Below are positions 35,798 to 42,362 of a stretch of DNA of 48,046 bases, in pieces (within the stretch, counting starts at the first letter, position 1; each line of letters begins with the position of its first letter). A model generated the notes under the pieces. The model was not told the DNA's origin. It worked only from the letters and a program-made list of their open reading frames with translations, and did no database searches. Where the stretch lies: assembly GCA_964442325.1 (NCBI GenBank), contig CAYTYX010000002.1, positions 16,108-64,153 on the forward strand, written 5' to 3'. Source of the stretch: an uncultured Candidatus Saccharibacteria bacterium. Lineage in GTDB: Bacteria > Patescibacteriota > Saccharimonadia > Saccharimonadales > UBA10212. The position numbers and the translations under genes were made by a program.

Positions 35798-36979
35798 ATG
35801 GCAACCCAAAAAATCTTGATTTTAGGCGGCGGCTTTGGCGGCGTTAAAGCTGCGCTGGAACTATGCGGCCAGCCGGATTTTGAAGTTACCGTTTTAAGCG
35901 ACCGGCCAGACTTTAGGTTTTACCCAGCGCTTTACGAAACCGCGACCGGACGGCGCAAATCCGCCTCGTCTATTCCACTGGCCGAAATTTTTGATGGCAA
36001 ATCAGTTCGACTGGTTAGCAGCAGTGCTCAGCAAGTAGACCGTTCTACCAAAAAAGTGACCACCAAAGATGGGCAGAGTTACGGCTACGACATTTTAATT
36101 TTGGCGCTCGGTGTTGTTACTAATTTTTTTGGCATCAAAGGTTTAGACAAGTACGCCTACGGCATTAAAACCGAAGACGAAGCCCAACGCCTGCGCTCGT
36201 CTATCCATAAACAGTTGGTAGAGCAAGCCCAGCCGGATGTTAATTATGTAGTGATTGGCGGTGGCCCAACCGGTATCGAGCTGGCCGGTGCCCTACCGAC
36301 TTACATCAAACATATAATCAAGCGCCACGGCCTAAAGACAAATATGCCGCATATAGATTTAGTGGAGGCTTCGCCGCGGCTGGCACCACGTATGCCGGCG
36401 GGCTATTCGCGATCAATCGCCAAGCGCCTGCAAAAATTAGGCGTTAATCTTTACCTCAACCAAAAGGTCGAGGCCGAAACCGCCGATGCCCTGATGGTGA
36501 GTGGCCACTCTATAAAAAGTCATAGCGTAGTTTGGACGGCCGGCGTGACCAACCATCCGTTCCTAAAGACCAACGATTTTAAGCTGGACGAACATGGCAA
36601 AGCAATAGTAGATGAACATCTTAGCGGCGGCCCGGATATCTACATTATTGGCGACAACGCCGCCACCAAATATTCGGGTATGGCCCAAACAGCCGTCTAC
36701 GACGCCAAATTTATTGCCAACAATTTAAAACGCCAAGTCGATGGCAAAAAGCCATATGCGTACAAACCAAAACAGCCTGTCTATATTACGCCGGCCGGCC
36801 CGCACTGGGCGGCCGTCCAGTGGGGCGGCTTTCGCTTTTACGGATTATTGGGTTGGCTGCTACGCGGTGCGGCCGATTTAGTGGCCTACCACGATTTTGA
36901 ACCTTTGAACCGGGCATCTAAGCACTGGCTGGCCGAAGGCCAAAGCGATGCCAGCTGCCCTGTCTGCGACCATCACTAG
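35798..36979 (+). CDS. ndh: Type II NADH dehydrogenase-like FAD-dependent oxidoreductase
   Basis: ILILGGGFGGV and VVIGGGPTGIELAG dinucleotide-binding motifs, plus IYIIGDNA. 393 aa. Confidence 0.85.
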   Translation: MATQKILILGGGFGGVKAALELCGQPDFEVTVLSDRPDFRFYPALYETATGRRKSASSIPLAEIFDGKSVRLVSSSAQQVDRSTKKVTTKDGQSYGYDILILALGVVTNFFGIKGLDKYAYGIKTEDEAQRLRSSIHKQLVEQAQPDVNYVVIGGGPTGIELAGALPTYIKHIIKRHGLKTNMPHIDLVEASPRLAPRMPAGYSRSIAKRLQKLGVNLYLNQKVEAETADALMVSGHSIKSHSVVWTAGVTNHPFLKTNDFKLDEHGKAIVDEHLSGGPDIYIIGDNAATKYSGMAQTAVYDAKFIANNLKRQVDGKKPYAYKPKQPVYITPAGPHWAAVQWGGFRFYGLLGWLLRGAADLVAYHDFEPLNRASKHWLAEGQSDASCPVCDHH

Positions 36980-36999
36980 ATTTCAAGCAAAAAATAAAA

Positions 37000-37036
37000 G
37001 TGCAGGCCAATTTAGCCTGCACCTAGTTTTTGTTGT
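37000..37036. terminator. Bidirectional rho-independent terminator between ndh and the yggT-like gene
   Basis: GTGCAGGC (37000-07), a 7-nt loop, GCCTGCAC (37015-22). An A-tract lies upstream (AAAAAATAAAA) and a T-tract downstream (TAGTTTTTGTTGTTT). Confidence 0.65.
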
Positions 37037-37059
37037 TTATTGCGTTTGTCTCTAATGGA

Positions 37060-37353
37060 TTAGCGGCGTCGGTTAACCCACTTAACCAGCGTGTAGCCGG
37101 CTGTGGCGTAGACCAGGATGGCGAACAAAGCGCCAAAGTCTACAGTGTGGCCGCTTGTAGTTGGAGCTACAGAGTAGACCTCACGGAAGGGCTGAAGCAA
37201 CGTGCTGCTGCTTTGGTACACCCAGTGTACAAACGTTGCCGACGGGCTGGCCGAGAGAATCTCGAATACTGCCCGCAAAGCTAGTAGAACGGATGCAAGC
37301 CCTGCGTAAAAGTTAATAATCCATCCCACCGTTTGAACCTGAGAGTATTTCAT
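37060..37353 (-). CDS. YggT-family membrane protein
   Basis: 97 aa with two TM segments and a central ...TLLQPFREV...VDFGALFAILV pattern, resembling the YggT P-x-R ... D-x-S/G motif. Confidence 0.6.
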   Translation of the reverse strand: MKYSQVQTVGWIINFYAGLASVLLALRAVFEILSASPSATFVHWVYQSSSTLLQPFREVYSVAPTTSGHTVDFGALFAILVYATAGYTLVKWVNRRR

Positions 37354-37511
37354 TACCCCTCCTTAAGTTAATGCTTGAATTATAAAATCAAGTAGACGAT
37401 ATCGCCAATAGTAGGTTTTACTACATTTACAAAAAGTAAGTTTTGTATGCTGATTACTTATTAGCACAAGCGTAAACGCTAAACAATCTTAATAATGGTT
37501 CAAACTAGCCA

Positions 37512-37534
37512 AAACCGCAGGCTTCAATCGTAAG
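37512..37534 (+). repeat. Possible degenerate copy of the cassette-boundary repeat
   Basis: AAACCGCAGGCTTCAATCGTAAG matches about 14 of the 21 consensus positions plus a 2-nt insertion. It lies just outside high-GC island B. Confidence 0.25.
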
Positions 37535-37553
37535 ATTAAAGACTATGGTGTTG

Positions 37554-37577
37554 GCCGGGCCCCCGAAGGGACCCGGC
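37554..37577 (-). terminator. GC-rich hairpin after the island B ORF (no U-tail)
   Basis: GCCGGGCCCC / GGGACCCGGC stem (one mismatch), loop CGAA, beginning 6 nt beyond the stop codon on the minus strand. Confidence 0.45.
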
Positions 37578-37582
37578 AAGGT

Positions 37583-37888
37583 TCAGGCCGATGTGGCTGC
37601 CCGGTAGGGCTGCGGACCCGCGTAGGAGCGGATCAGCAACGCCAGCAGGTACAGCACGACGTCGCCCACGATGTTGGAGCGATCCTGGTAGTTCGCCGCG
37701 ATGAGCGTGAAGGCGATGATCGCGAAGCCCGCCAGCGAGAAGTACGCGAAGACGTGCCAAGCGACCCACGTGTGACCAGACTGGTAGTTCGTGCCGATGA
37801 TGGCGAGGCTGATGCCGAGGAAGGCCAGCGGCAGCGGCGTCCACTCGATCTCGAACAGACCGATGAAACGGTTGAGCGCGCGGCTCAT
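37583..37888 (-). CDS. Small 3-TM membrane protein encoded in high-GC island B
   Basis: The ATG at 37888 is preceded by GGAGG (complement of 37896-37900). 101 aa (MSRALNRFIGLFEIEW...) with three hydrophobic helices and G/C-rich third positions. The longer ORF-track start at 37951 has no RBS. Confidence 0.6.
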   Translation of the reverse strand: MSRALNRFIGLFEIEWTPLPLAFLGISLAIIGTNYQSGHTWVAWHVFAYFSLAGFAIIAFTLIAANYQDRSNIVGDVVLYLLALLIRSYAGPQPYRAATSA

Positions 37889-37891
37889 TGT

Positions 37892-37930
37892 GAAACCTCC
37901 GTGGGAGGGTTTCGGCGCTAGTCTAGCGCC
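37892..37930 (-). promoter_or_regulatory. RBS-sequestering hairpin plus a 17-bp perfect palindrome in the island B leader
   Basis: The RNA GAAACCCUCC-CAC-GGAGGUUUC (37892-37913) pairs the whole GGAGG. GGCGCTAG-T-CTAGCGCC (37914-37930) is a perfect palindrome. Confidence 0.4.
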
Positions 37931-38017
37931 CCGATCGCAAAATGAACGCATCCACCTTGCGATAAGTCCATATTATAATATTATTTAACAATATAAGCAA
38001 TAGTGCTATGGGTTCAG

Positions 38018-38039
38018 CTCCTACCCGCTTGGTTTAGAG
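38018..38039 (+). repeat. Degenerate copy of the cassette-boundary repeat upstream of the topoisomerase IB gene
   Basis: CTCCTACCCGCTTGGTTTAGAG shares the CCCGCTT core, and its 3' continuation GAGCGTG is identical to the copy at 40282. Confidence 0.35.
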
Positions 38040-38059
38040 CGTGACTGCATCTATCATTA

Positions 38060-39049
38060 ATGCATATGTCTAAGCGTTATATCGAGCGGCAGCGCACCGG
38101 CACCAAATCCTTCCAGTACTTCCACGGCGGCCGGCAAATTACAGGCAAAGATGAGCTGGCGTACTTTAAGTCACTGGCCATACCACCCGCCTGGCAAGAC
38201 GTAAAGATTGCCGCCAGCCATAACGCCAAAATTGTGGCAACCGGCATAGACAAGGTTGGGCGACTGCAATATGTCTACAATGCTAAGTTCCGAGCCCGCC
38301 AAGAAAAGGAAAAGTTCGAACGTATTCTGCGCTTTGCCCGGGCCCTGCCTAAAATGCGCCGCGTTACCGACGAACATTTGAAGCAGCCCGGTCTGCCGCG
38401 CGAAAAGATTCTGGCCTGCATCGTCCAGCTGATGGACAAAGCCTACTTTAGGGTCGGTAACGAAGAGTACGCGCTAGCTAACCAGCACTATGGTCTTACA
38501 ACTTTGCGCAGCAAGCATACCCAAATCAAAGGCGATACCATTGTGTTTGACTTTGTGGGCAAAAGCGGCCAGGAAAACCTCAAAAAAGTTACCGATAAAC
38601 GCCTGGCCAAAATTGTTAAAAAGTTGGACGATCTGCCGGGTTACGAGATTTTTCAATACGTCGCTGAAAACGGTGATTTAAAAGACATCGATAGTAGCGA
38701 CGTCAATGAATACATCAAAGAAATCATGGGCGAGGAATTTAGTGCCAAAGACTTTAGAACTTGGGGCGGCACGCTGCTGGCCAGCATCGAGCTAACCCAA
38801 ACCGAGCGTTCACATTCCATAAACGAGCGTAAAAGGGCCGTAACCGAATGTGTTAAAAAGGTGGCCCAAACTTTGGGCAACACGCCAGCCATCGCCCGCG
38901 CCAGCTATATAGATCCACGCGTCATCCACGCCTACGTGGTCACCAATGATTTATACAAAGTCCGCCAAGCCGTCAAAACATTATCACGGACGCCTTACCT
39001 GACTTCCGACGAGCACTGCGTTTTAAACCTGCTCGAAAAATCTGCCTAA
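38060..39049 (+). CDS. Type IB DNA topoisomerase (bacterial/poxvirus-like)
   Basis: 329 aa. Contains FDFVGKSGQ (catalytic Lys region), KDFRTWGGT (Arg), and NTPAIARASYIDP (Asn-x8-Tyr with the nucleophilic Tyr). The stop TAA (39047-49) is the first three bases of the repeat. Confidence 0.85.
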   Translation: MHMSKRYIERQRTGTKSFQYFHGGRQITGKDELAYFKSLAIPPAWQDVKIAASHNAKIVATGIDKVGRLQYVYNAKFRARQEKEKFERILRFARALPKMRRVTDEHLKQPGLPREKILACIVQLMDKAYFRVGNEEYALANQHYGLTTLRSKHTQIKGDTIVFDFVGKSGQENLKKVTDKRLAKIVKKLDDLPGYEIFQYVAENGDLKDIDSSDVNEYIKEIMGEEFSAKDFRTWGGTLLASIELTQTERSHSINERKRAVTECVKKVAQTLGNTPAIARASYIDPRVIHAYVVTNDLYKVRQAVKTLSRTPYLTSDEHCVLNLLEKSA

Positions 39050-39067
39050 CCGGCCGCTTATTTTGAG
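39047..39067 (+). repeat. Cassette-boundary direct repeat, copy 1
   Basis: TAACCGGCCGCTTATTTTGAG, 20/21 to consensus TAACCGCCCGCTTATTTTGAG. Confidence 0.8.
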
Positions 39068-39169
39068 CATAAATTGCTTACTTAGTGCTTTTATTGTAAA
39101 ATAATTCCGTTCTGCTAGGCTCTTTCGCCCAAACGGCGATTGGTACAAAACGTCTACAGGAGGTACGAG

Positions 39170-39592
39170 GTGAGCTCGGTTACTGCTTCGCACAGGTTCC
39201 CGTGGCAGGTCTTCCGAGGGCCGGCAAGCTTGGTCGCGGCCTACGTGGTCGGCTACAACGTCGTGCATGACGTCGCGAACAACCAGTGGTGGTTCCCGTT
39301 CGCGTTCGCGGCACTCGCGGTGCTGACCGTGTTCTTCGAGGGCGTCTACGACGAGCCTCTGCCCGGCGGAGCGCTCGGCCCTAGGGACATGAGCAACATC
39401 ATGTGCATGCTCCTTGCCCTCGGCATCCCGGCCGTCGCCGTCATCGGAGGCGCTTTCCACAGCGGGTGGTACTGGTGGGTTGGAGCGCTGGCCATGTTCC
39501 TCGTGAACACGATCCTGTACTTCGGGTTCCGGCAACGCGGCCTCAGCGGCCTGGTCGTCGTCGTCTGCTTGTTCGCGCTCGCGGTCTTCTGA
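39170..39592 (+). CDS. Small 4-TM membrane protein encoded in high-GC island C
   Basis: The GTG at 39170 lies 6 nt after AGGAGG (39158-63). 140 aa with four hydrophobic segments and Trp-rich loops, at about 58-67% GC in hand counts. Followed by a 16-bp hairpin. Confidence 0.6.
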   Translation: MSSVTASHRFPWQVFRGPASLVAAYVVGYNVVHDVANNQWWFPFAFAALAVLTVFFEGVYDEPLPGGALGPRDMSNIMCMLLALGIPAVAVIGGAFHSGWYWWVGALAMFLVNTILYFGFRQRGLSGLVVVVCLFALAVF

Positions 39593-39610
39593 CGGCCTCC
39601 ACATCGACTG

Positions 39611-39647
39611 CCCCCACCGTGTCCGCTTCGTGCGGACGCGGTGGGGG
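39611..39647 (+). terminator. Long GC-rich hairpin after the island C ORF
   Basis: CCCCCACCGTGTCCGC - TTCGT - GCGGACGCGGTGGGGG, a 16-bp stem with one G-U pair. No U-tract follows. Confidence 0.55.
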
Positions 39648-39654
39648 TATTAAA

Positions 39655-39675
39655 CTACCGCCCGCTTATTTTGAG
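39655..39675 (+). repeat. Cassette-boundary direct repeat, copy 2
   Basis: CTACCGCCCGCTTATTTTGAG, 19/21 to consensus. Confidence 0.8.
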
Positions 39676-39720
39676 TGTGCTTATGCTTGCAATTTATTGG
39701 TTATAAATTAGATTACAGTT

Positions 39721-40002
39721 ATGAGCTCACGGAATTCTGGATCGCCTGAAATTAGATTCTGTTTGACTGACTTCGCGAATGGTCTCTTGGATCGGCGGGT
39801 AGATTCTTTGACTGAAGAGGAAACTGACAAGCTTAATGCCGCTTATTATGCAAAGGGGATTGGTGAGACAATATTCGCATGTACGAACGAAGGCTGTCGA
39901 ATGATGTATGGGCTGTGTTCGGTCGATGGTGTGCTATATCCAGGCAACCTTGTCATACATGAAGCGCCTTGTATGAACATCAAGTCAATCGAGCAAGAGT
40001 AA
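39721..40002 (+). CDS. Hypothetical 93-aa Cys-containing protein
   Basis: It is the sole ORF between repeat copies 2 and 3. Five Cys residues (C14, C54, C59, C66, C84). No recognisable family. Confidence 0.5.
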   Translation: MSSRNSGSPEIRFCLTDFANGLLDRRVDSLTEEETDKLNAAYYAKGIGETIFACTNEGCRMMYGLCSVDGVLYPGNLVIHEAPCMNIKSIEQE

Positions 40003-40027
40003 CCAGCCGTAATTTTGATATCTATTC

Positions 40028-40048
40028 TAACCGCCCACTTATATTGAG
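40028..40048 (+). repeat. Cassette-boundary direct repeat, copy 3
   Basis: TAACCGCCCACTTATATTGAG, 19/21 to consensus. Confidence 0.75.
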
Positions 40049-40050
40049 GG

Positions 40051-40056
40051 TATAAT
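40051..40056 (+). promoter_or_regulatory. -10 box (TATAAT) positioned for a leaderless transcript of the 73-aa ORF
   Basis: TATAAT, then 6 nt, then ATG at 40063. It lies immediately after repeat copy 3. Confidence 0.35.
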
Positions 40057-40062
40057 TTATCT

Positions 40063-40284
40063 ATGCGCTGGCTTTCCAAGTTCCAGATACCTCTTTACAC
40101 ATTTATTTGGTTTTTGGTTTTGCCTTTTCCTTTTGAACCAGGCTGGAAGTTATTTGGCGGTTACCACATCATTGCGAACACATATAACAGCTCCGTCACT
40201 CGCCGGCTTATGTTCATCTTAGTATCGCTAATCCTAGGCTGGTTGACCTATAAAGCCCTGAACCGCAAGAATAGTTCCGCTTAA
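40063..40284 (+). CDS. Hypothetical 73-aa two-TM membrane protein
   Basis: It is the sole ORF between copies 3 and 4. Two hydrophobic helices. Its TAA stop (40282-84) is the first three bases of repeat copy 4. Confidence 0.5.
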   Translation: MRWLSKFQIPLYTFIWFLVLPFPFEPGWKLFGGYHIIANTYNSSVTRRLMFILVSLILGWLTYKALNRKNSSA

Positions 40285-40302
40285 CCGCCCGCTTATTTTG
40301 AG
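40282..40302 (+). repeat. Cassette-boundary direct repeat, copy 4 (matches consensus exactly)
   Basis: TAACCGCCCGCTTATTTTGAG, 21/21. Confidence 0.85.
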
Positions 40303-40306
40303 CGTG

Positions 40307-40735
40307 CTATCGCCAGAGTTGGTAGTTTTTGGTTAGAGCGTCCACTTCGTCTTTGGGGCCAAAAATCCCTATGCCCAGGTATTCAATCTCGCTGTCTGTT
40401 TTTGAAGCGAGTATTTTGGTTATCTCTTCGTCGTCTGTGGTTTCTATCATTTCTTTTATAAAGCCGTGGTAAAGCAGGCCAGAGCCGCGAACTTTGTCCA
40501 TCAAGTTGGGTAACTGCCCCGGCTTGGCGCGAAGAATAATTATGGCATACTGCGAGTTACGCGGGTGGTCTATGCCGTCTTTGCTAACAAAGTTCTCTGC
40601 CGTACCAAAAGACTCCTCTAGCTTATGGCCCAAATACGCGGAAACGTGGGCAATAGTGTTTAAGACTTGCCACTGTTCCAGCTCCTTATTAACTACAATT
40701 ACCGCTTTTTTTGAAAAATCCTGAGCTTTAGCCAT
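40307..40735 (-). CDS. DUF2000-like protein (PTH2-like fold family)
   Basis: 142 aa. KAVIVVNKELEQWQVLNTIAHVSAYLG...YAIIILRAK...GLLYHGF pattern, recalled as typical of DUF2000. It is the sole ORF between copies 4 and 5. Confidence 0.55.
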   Translation of the reverse strand: MAKAQDFSKKAVIVVNKELEQWQVLNTIAHVSAYLGHKLEESFGTAENFVSKDGIDHPRNSQYAIIILRAKPGQLPNLMDKVRGSGLLYHGFIKEMIETTDDEEITKILASKTDSEIEYLGIGIFGPKDEVDALTKNYQLWR

Positions 40736-40755
40736 TACTCTATTTTAACTCAAGA

Positions 40756-40777
40756 TAATCCGCCGGCTTATTTTAAG
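40756..40777 (+). repeat. Cassette-boundary direct repeat, copy 5
   Basis: TAATCCGCCGGCTTATTTTAAG is the consensus with one inserted T and two substitutions. Confidence 0.65.
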
Positions 40778-40794
40778 AGACTTTAAATATTCTT

Positions 40795-42135
40795 TTATTG
40801 ACTACCTGAAATTAGTGATTTTGCCTCAACGACCAATGAATCAAATTCTGCAGAGTTCCCCACATCACTCATAAATCGAGTGAGTTCTTGGCGACCGGAC
40901 TGAGCATCTGCATATTTGTAATTAAACCATCCAGCCATAAACAAGAAGACTGGGTTCTCTGTCCTTTCAAATTCGGTAAGATCAAAATCTATAACTTTAA
41001 GGATAGAGGTTTCGCGTAGGAATTTTGGCTTCAATCTTTTTAATCTTGCTAAGCCCTTCTTGTGCTTTCCCTCGGCCATATCCAAAAAGGCTAAGTTGAT
41101 TTTAGGCAACTGACTTCGGGGTAATAGTCGAGCGGCCATATGTGTATGCTCTTTTGCCTTTTTGGAGTCACCCATTCGCCAATATTGTGTCGAGAGATCT
41201 TGATGGATCCGCCCGTTGCTTGGATCTAACAGCAGCGCTTTTTCGGCATACTCGTTAGCTTCTTTAAACTCTTCTTCCCAGTTGTGATGCTGGTTCATCC
41301 CCATGTACATTCGAATCAAATATTTTTGAACTTGCAATTTAACATAGTCGAGATTAGGGAAATTCACATCTAATAGTCTCGACTCGAGTTGTTTGTGTAG
41401 AGACTCAAGTATTTTAAGTGCAGCCAACACATACCTCATTTCTCGCAACGACTCCAGACAAACAGCTAATGTAAAGAGGCTCATCTCAGCCACATTCCCG
41501 GCAACGATTTTTATTTCGGGCAGTGAATTTGTTTTCTGAATATCCCAGTTCCCTCTTTTGTTCGACTCTTTCAGAATTGATTCTATATAAATCTTCTCGT
41601 GTGGGGCTCGCGTTGAAAATTGATAAGAGATCTTAATATCAAATCTTGTAACGTCAACTTTATTGAATGATCCTTCTAGGGCATCGCCCCAAACTAGAAC
41701 CCTTATCCCGTTTTTTGTTATGAATTTCTCTGCTTTATCAGCGGAGCTAAAAGATAAGTCAGAGGGATAGCGCCTAAATTTTATTAGCTCCCCCAATCCT
41801 TCTTGATTAACAATATTTGTTAGTGCCTTCTGCACTTTTTGGGTAATCTTGGCTACCTCTTCGTCTTCTGGCTTTATGGCTATTCCGATGACTAATTCTT
41901 GCGGTGAGCGTAGTTTTAGCCATTTGTAGGACCAGGTTATGATGACCGCTAGTAGGGAAAGTACGATTATCACTGAAGATATATTCGCGGGTAAAAATAT
42001 TCCAATAGAGCGAAGTCCCCCAATGACCACAGTTTCAATTATTAGAATAGCGAAGCAATAGATGAGGAGACTGTCTTTAGTCCCCCACTCAGCCTTCTTT
42101 AATTCTTGTAGCCAATTTGTAACACTCTCAGCCAT
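40795..42135 (-). CDS. Membrane-anchored protein with an unknown central domain and C-terminal TPR-like repeats
   Basis: 446 aa. Two N-terminal TM helices, a beta-alpha-patterned middle region (VIGIAIKPEDEE...IRVLVWGD), and a C-terminal helical repeat region (EYAEKALLLDPSNGRIHQDLSTQYWRMGDSKKAKEH...). About 37% GC in a hand-counted sample. Confidence 0.7.
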   Translation of the reverse strand: MAESVTNWLQELKKAEWGTKDSLLIYCFAILIIETVVIGGLRSIGIFLPANISSVIIVLSLLAVIITWSYKWLKLRSPQELVIGIAIKPEDEEVAKITQKVQKALTNIVNQEGLGELIKFRRYPSDLSFSSADKAEKFITKNGIRVLVWGDALEGSFNKVDVTRFDIKISYQFSTRAPHEKIYIESILKESNKRGNWDIQKTNSLPEIKIVAGNVAEMSLFTLAVCLESLREMRYVLAALKILESLHKQLESRLLDVNFPNLDYVKLQVQKYLIRMYMGMNQHHNWEEEFKEANEYAEKALLLDPSNGRIHQDLSTQYWRMGDSKKAKEHTHMAARLLPRSQLPKINLAFLDMAEGKHKKGLARLKRLKPKFLRETSILKVIDFDLTEFERTENPVFLFMAGWFNYKYADAQSGRQELTRFMSDVGNSAEFDSLVVEAKSLISGSQ

Positions 42136-42264
42136 TTTGTCCTCTTCTTAAATATACACCCAGAAAGAAGCTAGAAATTAATAGAGGCCTTATACGTCCA
42201 CTCGGGAGTTGGGGCAGCACGGGATGTTGATTTAATTAAAGAAATTTGTTTCTGCTAGCTCGTC

Positions 42265-42297
42265 GGGCAAAAAACCTCCCAGAAGCAAAAACTTGGG
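42265..42297 (-). terminator. Weak rho-independent terminator about 150 nt downstream of rarA
   Basis: The minus strand reads CCCAAG-UUUUUGC-UUCUGGG followed by AGGUUUUUUG. Confidence 0.4.
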
Positions 42298-42362
42298 ACT
42301 GCGCCATCCGATTACCGACTGCTACGTATCAGGTTTTGCTACGGGACAGGCTTTGGGGTGCC

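Noticed and set aside
37536-37844. 102-aa minus-strand ORF (MDAAAAGLPRHQPRH...) overlapping the island B gene in another frame. Likewise 39023..39604 (-) and 39403..39711 (+) in island C.
   Set aside because: The products are Arg/Pro/Ala-rich and typical of off-frame translation of GC-rich DNA. They lack an RBS and compete with frames that have an RBS plus clear TM-helix periodicity.
39047-40777. Could the 21-bp direct repeats be a CRISPR array?
   Set aside because: Repeat spacing is 254-608 bp here (and about 1.6 kb to the next candidate), not about 30-40 bp. Each interval contains a complete ORF. The repeats are not palindromic and no cas genes are present.
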